Source of the DNA: Stylophora pistillata
Lineage: Eukaryota
Assembly (NCBI RefSeq): GCF_002571385.2
Contig: NW_019217962.1
Span: forward strand, 236,357-300,356
Direction: 5' to 3'
DNA: 64,000 bases
A model generated the notes under the pieces. The model had not been told where the DNA came from and searched no databases. It worked only from the letters and a program-made list of their open reading frames with translations. This document shows, piece after piece, positions 25,701-39,100 of this stretch. Position 1 is the first letter of the stretch. The number at the start of each line of letters is the position of its first letter. The translations under genes and the position numbers were made by a program.

Positions 25701-28700
25701 GCAGGCAAGAAGGATTTTGCTAACACTTGTTCTTCTGTTTTGAAAGTCCCTTGATCGAGAGTTATACGAAACTCTTTGGTTCTCTACACTGATATCAACT
25801 CATCAATTCTCCTTAGTTGCTATAGTGTATTTAATAAATTACTTTCTCCTTAGGAGTCATTCTCAGGCAAAATAATGTTGTTCCCCATTCGCAGTTTCCT
25901 GGGCTGTTCAATCCGATCATTATAATTTGTTGTTGCCGAGAGGAAATGGAAAAAACATTACTTCATAATTTCAACAAGGTTGAAAGGCGTTAAGCCAGTT
26001 GACATGAACGCATCTGCTGAGTAATCACCAAAGTATTTTCTACTTACAGAAATTAACCAACTCGTCTTGCTTCGATGTCATTTTTCAAGAGTCTTATTGA
26101 CTTCCCGATATTTTTCGTCTCATGAACTCCGCCAACTTTTAACTGACCCTACTTTGCGAACTAAACCCTCTTGAGTTAATTTCCTTTCCCTGATCGTTTG
26201 AATTAAAACCCATTCTGGGGCAAGAAATGAGCTTTAAAAAGGGCAACGGAAACAGAATGACTGTGAACTTTAGCAGTTAATGTTCTCTAACATTCAACGA
26301 ACGGTCTAAATCACTATAATGAGAGTGAAAGTGTAGTTGTATCAACTATAGCGCGACGACGTGCTTCTCGTGTTCACTGGTGCAGCTTACCTTGTTCTCT
26401 GGTGTGGGAGTCTTTGACACGTCTTCCCTCTGTGCTAACAGAATACACAACGCATCTTCCGCTTCAAAAGTCCCACAAGAGCACAGTAATCTGACAATGA
26501 TGCGAGCGGAATTTAATCGGCATCACTTACTTATCAACGTACGATGACAACGGAGTGACCTCGTCAGAAATTTGAAACAATCAAGACATTAAAAGTGTAC
26601 TTATCAAAAAATAAACGAGCCAGATGCCTGATGATAAAGTCAGTATGTCAATGTTAACAATAAAGAGCTAGAAAAAACAACAAGTATAGAAAGTGGCAAT
26701 CACACAAGAATCACCTGCGTGACCGACCCCCCAGCGGAGCCACTTCGAAGTAGATCGAAAATTTTGAATAGCTGAAATAACCAAATGGCATGGGGTTGTT
26801 TTGTTGTAAACAACGTGTTTTGATCCGACGAATGTGCAACCCTTGCCTTTTTAAGAACATAGAGAGGTGATGAGGCGTCCTGGCGTTTCCGTCTATTAAT
26901 CCTCTATGTGTACATAGCCTGACTAAGTTTTTAATCCTATACGACGTTTTAAAAGTTCTTTGAAGAACGGCAGATGACTCCGGAAATGTTTAAGGGCTAG
27001 TCGTGTGCATTTCTGCCAAACACTAGGGGCAGAAGTCCAAAATCTCTCGTTTGAAATTGCTTAAAAAGTTAATGGCCATACTGAATTTCAGTTACTCAGT
27101 AGAGATTGATCAGATAGCTCCAAAGAGCTCAGATGGTGTTCTCGTACAAATTTTTGCTGCAAAATTATCGTGATCACAGTGCCTCCGGCTGCATTGGCCC
27201 AACGCAAGTTTGGGAAGACAAAGACAAAGTATAAAGCTGTATAAACTCGCTTTGAAGACTTGCGTCGTAAAAGTTGAATCGTAATAAATTTTCAGCTGCG
27301 ATTGAACATAAGCTATCACAGTAATGTTATATGTTTCGCAATGTTATATGTTTTCAGTACACAATCAGGCTAAAGCAGTTTATACGAGAACTTCTGACGG
27401 CGCCAAATGGCCAAGTTCACGAAAAGGAGTAAAATACTTTCTCCTCCTACTTTAATTTTGATCGTACCTTCTTAATCAGACTTTCGGGTTCCTCCCGAAA
27501 AGTGTTTTGCCAATTAGGGACCCATGTTTGATTAACCAATTCAAAAAGATTATTTGAGACGTAAACATGACCTTTGATCGTCGCAAAAATTAAAAAGGTT
27601 TTAAATTAAAAAAACAAAGGCTTTGTGGATAGCGGCTGGCTTTACAGACGACAGACAACTTATCTTCTGTTCTTTCTGTGAACTCTCTTAATATATTGAT
27701 TACTCTGCATTAAACTTTAAAATTAAACAGTAGCACGGCAGATTTACTCACTCGATTTATGAAAACCGACAAATTTTAAAACACAGATCGCGCAACGATG
27801 GAAAGACAGGTGGGACTCCAAGGTGGATCGCGCGTGGATCACGCGATTTCAACCTGTGCTATCTCGTGTGACTCATGGGTTTTCTCACTTTGGAAAACAT
27901 GACATATTTTGTTCTTGTTCAAGATACTTTGACTATGATTTATAACTTGATCTTGGATTTCACTGGGGATACATAAAGATTATGCATTATTTTCCTTGCA
28001 TGTTGAAGAAAAAAATTGGGAAAATGTTTCAATGTTTGTGTCCACCTTTATGATAACTCCACAGTCAAGTCAAGTAAACGGAAAGCACCGAATTTCCTTC
28101 AAAGCTCGATCAAAATAAACCACTGCAGGTTTTAAAAGGAAGGATCCAGAAGTCGTGCAGAATGTTTTGATGACTAAACCTATCGATTACATTACTGACA
28201 AGGTGATCGAGCGCCCTCGCTGAAAAAAAGGTCCTTGCGCGTGTTATGATGACGGTCAACAAGGCGGAACAGAGTGCGCTAGTAGACTGGTACCTATTTG
28301 TTCCCGGCGGAAAAAGAAAAAGAAATTGAGAACCTGAAAAATAAGACTGTACCCGCCCTTCACATTGTTCACGTGATCATGCAGCGACCCGCGCGGTCAC
28401 ATGCGAATTAGTTGAAGAAGTCCTATGAATCACGAGCGGACCATATTTAGAACACTTAGCCGTATTCTGCTCTATTTTTTAATAGATTTTAGGAGCTAAT
28501 TCACTGTATTTTTTGAGCGATATAGAGATGATTTTCTTTAAAGAATAGAAAACTCATAATAGTCGTTTTTCTGAGACAGGAGAACACCTTGAAAACAACA
28601 ATGAAGCAAAAGCAAAACAAGAAAGGTTGAAGACGGAAGAGATTGACAAGTATTCCAAGAAAAAGAACTTAGAAAATTTTCCATATAGCAACGTTAACTT

Positions 28701-30143
28701 TTTTTGTCTCTAATATTTTACCAGGGATGTGACGCTGTAAAGTTGAGAAAATTTCAGCCTCTGGTCTGTTGTTTTCAATCTTACATTCGAAATAGTTTTT
28801 TATATTGTTATCATTTCCTTCATTTTTTTTTGAAAGTGAAAATATGTCAGAAACTATCCCTTGGCGAAGGAGAGAATGGTTGCGGAGTTGAACCCTTTTT
28901 TAAAACTCACAAAGTGACAAAGTCAAAATTTTTCCTTGAAATATCAATACAAAATCAAGCAGACAAGTGAATAGAAAAAAAATATCAATTAGGGAATTAC
29001 TAGTTGATACGTTACTAAGTTCTCCAAACTAACATCATCTGTTGTGTGGTAGGCAGTACAGAGAATTACTAATAAGATAGTGAAAGAAAGGCTTAAATAG
29101 CTTTACTGGGACTATACACTTCATTTACTTACTCTTTTGCGGTAGTGATGAAGACTCGCAAAATTGTCTTTAAAAGCAGAGTTATGAGGGTATGCTATTC
29201 CAATCAGAATCACGGTGTTTTACGATAAGACAGGACGAATAGGATTTCGCCAACTTATCATGTCTGCCATTTTATATGACTTTAGTCGGGCGGGCAATCA
29301 TTTTTCAAAGTTAGAAGCGCTTTTAATGAGTCGAAGATTACAGCGGGTTAGCTTATTATAGTACACAAAAATATTTACCGGTATGTTTCGGATACCTTAC
29401 GTTCTAAGTCATGCGCACTGTTTCTACAAAAAACGGTTTGACTTTTTTTTACCTCTAATATTCTTGACGCCTGCGCCGTTAAACTTGAAATGCTAAGGCC
29501 AATGTCCATGCAGTGAGAGAAAATTGCTAATCATGAAATGTTCTGTTTCGTACTCAGAGTATGTAGAGAGAGGAATGCAAACATCAAGCTTACGTATTTT
29601 TAGGATGATTCGCCTCCATCTCCAGCGAAAACTTCCTCCATATCCCTTACTACGTTCCCGTTGACAACGTCGAAAAGGCAACCGTGACAGAAAATCTCAA
29701 AGCTGTTTGGCCTGTTGTTGCGGAATAATGCATGGAAAGCAAGAGATTATAATCTCTTAAGAGTAAGGGAACGACAACCTTTGAGACTGAAACCCTCATA
29801 AAGGTCTTAACACTAATGCAATTCCTCTATTGTTATTTCAAGATTACTCCCCTTCTCTTCCTGTGTGGCTAATTTTGTACTCGTCTAGATCACATGCAGT
29901 GGAATTCGCGAGGTATATCATATACCTTACGTTACTGCCGCTTACCGCCTCGCTTGTCTCCTGTAAAACCCAGAGTCTATTGACAATTTAAGAAGGGCCA
30001 TAAGCAGCCTAGTTGTCTCGGTTTTCTAGTCTTTTGCGACGCAAATGATATAAGTGGTGGTCTGAAGCACCACGCATCCGTCCCTAGTCAGGAGCTCTGA
30101 GCATTCATTTCTCTCGCTCTTGCTAATCAACACAACATGTAGT

Positions 30144-33100
30144 TTATCGTCGTGGAAGATAATAGGACCAGTAGACAATGTTGAACAGTCCGTAAAGAAG
30201 CGGAAATATTTTGCGCGCGTATTGGTCAATGTAATGAGGAGGTAACTGTTTCGTAGGTAGACCATCCAAAAAGGCATTGCTCGCGCAAGGAGTCTTTCTT
30301 CTCGATGCAGAAAGATTTTCGTGAAGGAAAACCCCTTTTCTCAGAGACAATCCTCCTGCCACTCCGTTCACAGGACGTTCTTTGTTATAGTTGAATGATT
30401 GCTGGTCCATCATCTCGGCAATGGAATTTGTTGGATTTGGTGTCGGAGGCTAAAGAGAAATTATTAATTGAACATTAGAGTGGAGCGAGTTTCGTGGAAC
30501 CAAAATCAAAGCCAATCACGACGGCCAACCACAGCACGGAAATTATCACCAGGAGTCAAAGAGAAGACGAAGTAAAAACAAGTAACCACCTGAAGCGGGG
30601 GAAAACGCGTGTGAGCCCGTCGCGATTGGTTTTAGTTTCGAATCTGATTGGTTGAGAAAGTGTCGCGAGTTTTCTAGACCAATCACATTACGACATAAAC
30701 TTAAGCCAAAGCAATCTTGGATTACCTTCGACACTGTTGAAAAATTGCTCTGCGTTATGATCAGTTTCGTTAATCAAAACAAACTCTACGACCAATAGGC
30801 ATAGCAACGATCAATAACACCGAAGCAATCTGGGAGTACTTTCGACTCCATTGAAAACTTCTCTGAGTTATGATCAGTTTCGTTAGTCAAAACAAACTTT
30901 ACGACCAACATAAATAAAGGGGAAAACTGTGGTGCTGCGTCGTAATTAACGACCTAAAGGCATGGCAACAATCAATAACAGCAATACATCACTTCATTGT
31001 TCTAAAGCTATGCATTACTTACAATTACACAGACAGAAAGGTATGTAATTAGCTTCTGGACGGAGATTTGAAGAAAACGTAAGGTGATGGGTAAAGCTAT
31101 GTCTCCGCGTGAACGAATTCAACGACTGTTCTGTCTACACTAGCCTGATAATCGTGAAGGAACGCTCACTTAGCAATAATTTATCAGACATTACATGCAA
31201 GGAATTCCGACTTCTATCATTTGAACACCTGAATTCCAGACATTAATCTGATAATATTAATTTTTAAAAGTCAGACACGATAGGATTTGCCTCTAAGTTA
31301 AGTTCATTACGGACAGAAATTAGAACGTAAGCTGACATTTCAAACAAACATTGATCAATTGATGACACTCACCGGCGCCAGACTTTGACTCCTTGCCAAG
31401 ACAGATGCTGCTCTATCCGTGAAGTTTAAGACACACACGTACTCGACCATGCAGGATACGATAAAAGTAAGCGAAGATATCAAATAGTAATCTACAGCTT
31501 TCAGGTAGGAGATCCGTGGGAGACTGTTGTTAACTGATCCGAATAAGAACATGGTGCTGAGTATGCACGTGATCACAAGTGAAACTCGCGCGGGAACCGC
31601 GTGTCTGTCTATCCAGAAACTAAGCCACGAGAGGAAAACGAGGAACGCGGAAGGAATGAAATGTTGAAAAATGAAGTAAGTTGTTCGACGTTTGAGTGTG
31701 AAGGTTGCCTTCAAACTATCGAAGGACCCTTCGGAGGATAAAAAAATTAGAAAATTAAGCATAAAGGTATTTTACTTAATTAATAAAGATTTGGAAATGC
31801 AAATACAAGCAAAAACCAACGATAAAAACCGACGTTTCGGTGTCATCATGACATTTTTACTTCTCCTTGACAATGGCGTCATGATGACACCGAAACGTCG
31901 GTTTTTATCGTTGGTTTTTGCTTGTCTTTTCTTAATTCAACCGGATTTTTTAAGTGGCTTACAGTTGTAATTATAACAGCAGAATATAAATTACGCTTAT
32001 CAAGTTGTCTAATGCATATTTTTTCGTGCTCTTTCGTTAAACCGGTTTCATTTTCCTATAATCCAGTTAACTGAATTAAGACGAAATTCTTCCTTCATAA
32101 TGGATATTTCTTACTAAGCAAGGTATTGTTGAAAAGAAAGATGGGAAATGTTAAAATGGAAAAATTAAGACCGGCTCGTCTTGTAGAATAATTGGTAAGG
32201 CAGAAAGGGATCTATTGACAGACAAACTCGNNNNNNNNNNNNNNNNNNNNNNNNNNNNNNNNNNNNNNNNNNNNNNNNNNNNNNNNNNNNNNNNNNNNNN
32301 NNNNNNNNNNNNNNNNNNNNNNNNNNNNNNNNNNNNNNNNNNNNNNNNNNNNNNNNNNNNNNNNNNNNNNNNNNNNNNNNNNNNNNNNNNNNNNNNNNNN
32401 NNNNNNNNNNNNNNNNNNNNNNNNNNNNNNNNNNNNNNNNNNNNNNNNNNNNNNNNNNNNNNNNNNNNNNNNNNNNNNNNNNNNNNNNNNNNNNNNNNNN
32501 NNNNNNNNNNNNNNNNNNNNNNNNNNNNNNNNNNNNNNNNNNNNNNNNNNNNNNNNNNNNNNNNNNNNNNNNNNNNNNNNNNNNNNNNNNNNNNNNNNNN
32601 NNNNNNNNNNNNNNNNNNNNNNNNNNNNNNNNNNNNNNNNNNNNNNNNNNNNNNNNNNNNNNNNNNNNNNNNNNNNNNNNNNNNNNNNNNNNNNNNNNNN
32701 NNNNNNNNNNNNNNNNNNNNNNNNNNNNNNNNNNNNNNNNNNNNNNNNNNNNNNNNNNNNNNNNNNNNNNNNNNNNNNNNNNNNNNNNNNNNNNNNNNNN
32801 NNNNNNNNNNNNNNNNNNNNNNNNNNNNNNNNNNNNNNNNNNNNNNNNNNNNNNNNNNNNNNNNNNNNNNNNNNNNNNNNNNNNNNNNNNNNNNNNNNNN
32901 NNNNNNNNNNNNNNNNNNNNNNNNNNNNNNNNNNNNNNNNNNNNNNNNNNNNNNNNNNNNNNNTATATTGCGCATACCCTGTCTCCCAGTGCCCCTCTCT
33001 CCGGCCTCTACCTCTCCCCCAGTCCCCCTGTGCTCCTCTATCCTCCTCCCACTGCACTTCCTTCCTCAAGTCCTCTCCCTCTCCCCTTCCAAAGTAATGC

Positions 33101-36100
33101 ACTGAGCATCTCAAAGCCTCACCTTTGCTATTGGTATTAGCTTTCTTGGAAGTAACAATCTTTAGCATATCAAACTGCGCAAGTTCAGCTGCGAACACTT
33201 CAATAGCTTTGGAGCCTCGATTTTTCCAATTGTAGATGACGTCATCAACAGTCTAGGCATCTACAATAATACAAACCTAGACCTATCACTAAAATTCTTA
33301 TCATTCAGGAATAAAAAATATCCAAAACATGAGCAGACCGGCTGCAAAGTGTGAAAACTATCATCGACATAAGGAGAAAGGGGAATGGCGATCAATCATA
33401 AAGGCATAAAGAGGGTAGATTTCTAAAGAGGCTGTAGTGCTACGTCAGTTAATGGGTGGGTCTATTGAAAATAATATTGTTTATCAACTGACGTGCACGT
33501 GATTACGGTAAATTGGCCAGCGCCCAATTTAAAAGTGCATCAGAATAAATTAACAAGTGTCCAAACGCGATGTAGATGTATACTTTAAAGTAGATATACT
33601 TACAGCTTTCTATTACTAGATCACAGTTCTGAGTGTCCAGAGGGAACAGCCTTAGATCCATATCGCACAGAGCAGTCAGTGTTATTCTAATAGGAGAAGA
33701 GAGTAGCCAATGAGTTTTCTATCTTTGCCTTGGACCAACTATTATGAGCTGTTGGTTGTCTTATGTTCAAGTGGATTATACATTGTTGTATTAAAAAATG
33801 CCCAAATTATCTAAAAAGGAATAAATGAGAACACTCGACAGGTGTCCGGAGCGAACATTTGAATAACACACAGCCCTCAAAATTAGTAACGACTGTCAAC
33901 TCAGCCCCATTCATAGGTGCAGTAAATATGATTGTTTTCACTCTCCTTCGGAGTCGGAGTCGGAGTCGATTTAAAAACGTAGAGCGACACGATCTGACGA
34001 GAACCAAACCTGCGGAATCGGATTGTTGCAGTCGTAAGCCATCTGATGGACTGGGAACTCGCTTTGTAATTGGTTGGTTGTTCTCCTTCGTTTTTCCTGC
34101 GAGTCCAAAAATCTAGCTTTTCAATTGATCGTATGCGTTGGCGTCGTTAGCGGAAGTAGAAGAAGATGAAACTGCTTTGATTCTTCCGAAGCCAAACCTT
34201 CGAGCCTATGACTCCGCTAAGACTCCGATTATCGATTTTCACTAGGTCGTCTAGTTACGACTCCGACTACAACTATTACTCCTTTGCTGGCGAAAACCTA
34301 GCCTCAAAGAATGAGTCTGTGGGTACCTCTGACTACCCTTTCCCCTGCCTACTTCCCCCACCCCCTTCCACCTACTCCTTCTTCTATCTACTCCCGCCCC
34401 CTACACCCAACCCAAATGCTGCGGAGAAAAATGATGTGCTATGGTAACTTAATAACTAGTATGCCTGGCCTCTAATTGCCAAATGGGTGTTGGTGTAAGA
34501 CACCAATACAAGAAAATTCGGTCTACGCCCTTGTTACGTCACGTTGTAGCACTGTTTTACCTGGCGCTGTAGTAAATACTTCCATCTTTAGATATCCTCA
34601 GTCGCATGTTATCTCTACTGACTGAGTGATAATTGGAATTCTTCACGTTTTGGAAATACGTGTCAGGCGTCCATATTCCTTTTCCCAGTTTTCTGGGATC
34701 TAAAGCAGCGTTAAAAACTTTGTCTTGTCCATGCGCCAATCGCGGATCTTTCCACCACTGTCTAAAGAATATGTCTATTGTATAGTCCTTATGAAAGAGA
34801 AAGATAAGATCATTGTTGCATAAACGTTACATAAATTATGCCAATGATTACTACCTTACATAACCATAAACAGGAAAAATAGACATATTTTTAACTTTCA
34901 TCTTTCCAAGATTCTTCCACTGAATAGTTTTTAAGTGGAGCACGAGGATCGTGGATGCCAATCTAGCTTTCCTTTCTGTATACAAGCGAGCACATAATAA
35001 GTTACCAAAATACCATTTCGTCCTGTCTCCAACAGACTTACCCGTTAAAAGCTCCGACGCCTACATGGCACTGAAGCACTTTCTACTTTCGTCTTCTTTC
35101 GCTCTGACGTGGTACAGATAGTTAGAGAAATTGAATCGCAGTGACTTTTTCTATGTAACTTACCATATCTTCTTCTCTGATTTTTCCAAAAGCCATTAGT
35201 TTAAACTCGATGAGAACTTCAACGGGAGGTCCTGCGAAATAGGTAATACGGCCAGGACTGTTTCAGTTCATGGTATCATTATTATCCCTATGAATAACTA
35301 TCATCTAATTTCTCCTTCGAATATCCCCCCCCTCCCCCGAATCACATATGAAGGTCACGAGAAGAAAGGAATTGATCGCCAACTGAAAAAGGCCCTTGCC
35401 GGATTTTTAAAAAAATTCTCTTTGTTAGCACCTTCAAAAAAAAGTAAAGAAAAAAGCATGGAGAATATGCATACTGACATTAGGGTTAAGGGATTTTGTA
35501 GCTATCTTTCATTTTTCTACGACCTTTGAAACTTGTGAGGCAAGCTTTGATGTCTCTTAAAATAAGGCAAGGAAAGCACTGAAAAATCTGACAATTCGTG
35601 GTCCTTAAACGACTGACAAATGCGAAGGCACGAAATACTAGTGTTCAGGAGAACGTGACGTTGCGTTACATTTATGGCATTTTTCAAATGAGTGACAGGG
35701 ATCAAATGTCAAGTACTTTTACTTCGTTCGAGATTTTGCCTGGTGTAGATCGAGTATTTGCCGTGGAGGTCTGGTTCTTAGTCAAAATAAAGTAAAACGT
35801 TGTGTTTAACCACGGATTTATTGAGTCGTTCTTAACAACTAGAACCGTGCGTGGTATGAGAACTGGTAATTTGCATGTAACGCTAAGGAAAGAAGTCAAA
35901 TACATCAACATCAACAACAACAACGAAAAAAAGGTATTTTGCGAGAAGACTTACCCGTGTCGTTTGGACGAACATTTTTATCGTAATGTTTGAGTCGTTT
36001 GCCGATTAAATGAGATACTTTAGCGTAAGAGTCGTCGGGAAACCGGGTTGCTATTCAAAGGAATGAAAAGATGTCATTATTATCATTTCCCAAGCTGTAA

Positions 36101-39100
36101 TGATGACAACTGATGAAAAAGGATGCGGTCCTACTAAAATATCCTCCAAGAAGGCAATTTGAATAAGGGAGCGGTCTTTATCTATCACTAATAATTTAAT
36201 AATTTAATATTTATATTGCGCAAATTAACATGTGGATATGATCAAATGCGCATCACAACGCTTTTCCNCGACCTCGATCTCCCGCACAACAGTCCAGCGC
36301 TCTAACCAATTAAGCTAACCGGGAGGTTCAATTGGTTAGCACCTAAGATGGGGGGACGGAGGAGGGAGGGGATTTCGAAAGATTTTGGTGGAGTCACGAT
36401 TAAAATTTCTGATACCTCATTAGGCTCTGATGATCACTCCTCGCTGGCCGTTAATTGGCAATCAAGAACAAGACAAGAACATCTAACTTTCTCTGTTTGA
36501 AGCTATCTAGCTATCTTTTTAGCTGGGTACACGATATACCTCTTTTTTTGTTGCTTCCTGCCAAAGTACTATTTAAACTCCTAGGCAGTCGTTTGAAACC
36601 AGCTCCTGGGACACTCCTGATGATAAAGTCATAAATGGTTATGTGGGATGGGTGGGTAGGGATGGCATTTGTCTGCACAAGCATTCAGTGAATAGTTCGC
36701 AAGCTAAAGGTATATCTGTTCAGTGATAGACCCCAGCTAATACCCTGTAAAATATGTGTCAAATGCTGCTTGATATTGGGTAACACATCTTCCATCCAAG
36801 GCCCTGATTCAACTTTCAGGTGAAAACCATTCACAAGGCTAACCCCTAATAATAACCACCAACGTATAATTCCGGATTATAGCTAATTGCCTTACTAGCT
36901 CCTCCCTCGACCTCAAGAACTATTGTATTGTTTTCCCGACGAAACGCCACACAAAAGATGAAGTGGTAATCATGTAGACTTGTCGGATGCGTTAAGATCT
37001 ATCCTAAGTCCCGTCTACATGCAAAAGCAATGTTAAGTAAAGTATTATTGGGGTATATTTTTACATGTAATTAAAAAAGGCTATTTAAGGCGATTTCTGA
37101 ATTGTAGACTGCATTTCGAAGGCCATTCACGTCGCAACATGTTCCAAATACAGATAGTATGCAAGCATCATTAATAATCATGTCACCTACGTATATCTCT
37201 TCATTCAAAAATGAAAAATGGAATCAAGGTAAAATCACAATGGTTCAGTTTATGTTGAACACATTCTAAGGTAAGGTTTGTATTAAACATATTGACGGCT
37301 CTCTGACTTTGTTATCCCATCATTCGTAATTAAAAATTTGCAGTCACTGGCAAGATTTTTTAAAGTAACATGTTGGATGCGTGGAAAAGTTTGTTTCGAT
37401 TGATTTTTCAGTCGAGTTATTACTGTTGTTGTTGTTTCTTTAAAACACCCAAGTCCTGCAGGATTTTACCGAAACACAAGCTGCACCATGGGGGTGTCAA
37501 TACTTTTTAATTCATGCACATTCCGTGATAAAGTGGTCACTGCGGTTAGTTGAATTTACAATGCGGGTCCCCATAAATATCGCTTTAAGACACAACAAAT
37601 AATACTTGAACAGTTTATCTTAAGGATTACTTTCAAGTCCGTCACGGATACGCTGTCACCGTTCTACAAAAGATCAGTGCAAAAGTATTCGAGACTTCGA
37701 ATAATATATCGAGCTAATATAAGAATTTCCGATGTCTTTTGACTTCGGAAATTCTTATTTTAAAGGCCTCCATTTCCAAATGCAATGTTGAAATCCAGAG
37801 AAAAAAGTGCTATGGATAACATTCAACAATGTACTAAGGTGGAATAGGGCGGCGCACATCAGTAGTGCTCCCATACATATCCAATACACACATTAGATTC
37901 TGAACGTACCCCAAGATCTACAGAGTCATCAATTCCGTTGTTTCTGCTCCATGAAAAATCTAAAATTATGGAATTTCGTGCGACATGCGCGCTTCTCAGA
38001 ACTAATCAGTAAAAACTATATGAAAANNNNNNNNNNNNNNNNNNNNNNNNNNNNNNNNNNNNNNNNNNNNNNNNNNNNNNNNNNNNNNNNNNNNNNNNNN
38101 NNNNNNNNNNNNNNNNNNNNNNNNNNNNNNNNNNNNNNNNNNNNNNNNNNNNNNNNNNNNNNNNNNNNNNNNNNNNNNNNNNNNNNNNNNNNNNCATTTC
38201 AACTTTGTTGATATATTCAAATTATTAAAGTTATCATGTTGGTATCAAGCAGCGAAAGAGCTATTTTTTTTTGGAGCAAATCATTTACATCTTACGTCAT
38301 TTAGTTTTGAAAATAACGAACTTTGAATTCAGCTCTTGTTTAAGAAGTTTCTGTTGTGTTGCCATGTTTTAAATTCTAAGGTTAGTTTGAACACAGCTCC
38401 AGCTTGGGGCCTACATATATACATTATAAGATATAGAATATAGAATGCGAACAAACCTGGCTTGGAAATTAGGTTATCATGTGACTTCCTTGGGTAGGTC
38501 CGTAAAAACGACCGTCCTTTCGTCTGTCCGTTCGTACTCAAAATTGTAAAGCCTTTTACAGGAAAACTGCTTAATTGTATTCTCGTTCAAAAACTACGAA
38601 AAGAACGCTCTGTTTTCAGACTCAGTAAAATACATAAAACCGTATGTTTAATGTAGAGGTGGCGCCATTACAAAAGTACATCGTAATACCTTGAAATACC
38701 TTATATTTTCAGCATCGGTATCTCATATTTTGAATTGAAGCTCGTTATGTACTTCTTCGTTATAATATTAGGAAAGTATAATTGTGAAAAAAGGGAATGC
38801 GGTCACTTATTGAGTTCGTGGTTGTGATCTGTTGGACTCGTTAGAGCTTTGTCCTGCAGAATCATCCACAGTTTTATGGAAAGTGACTCTACAAATTACA
38901 AAAAGCTGAAAAATGAGTATTTCTGAAGATGTTTTCAGAGTATTCATTCAGGTGGGGAAAAATGTCAAAAAGCTATTCAAAAGAAACAGATTGTCTTTCA
39001 ACTTGTAACTAAAGAAATTGCAAATATTTTGATGTACATGAAATAACGTGTAAATTGAAAGGAAAAATGACCGCTTTTGTAGCAGGTCAGTTCATTTACC

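Noticed and set aside
32151-33198. Long ORFs in the ORF track, also at 37951-38220
   Set aside because: Artefacts of translating N runs. Only 33123-33260 is a real exon.
36190-36329. Internally deleted SINE variant
   Set aside because: The junction coincides with a single N at 36268, so a contig join is more likely than a real deletion.
36590-36830. Possible decayed coding fragment on the minus strand
   Set aside because: Several stops in the best frame and no recognisable family.
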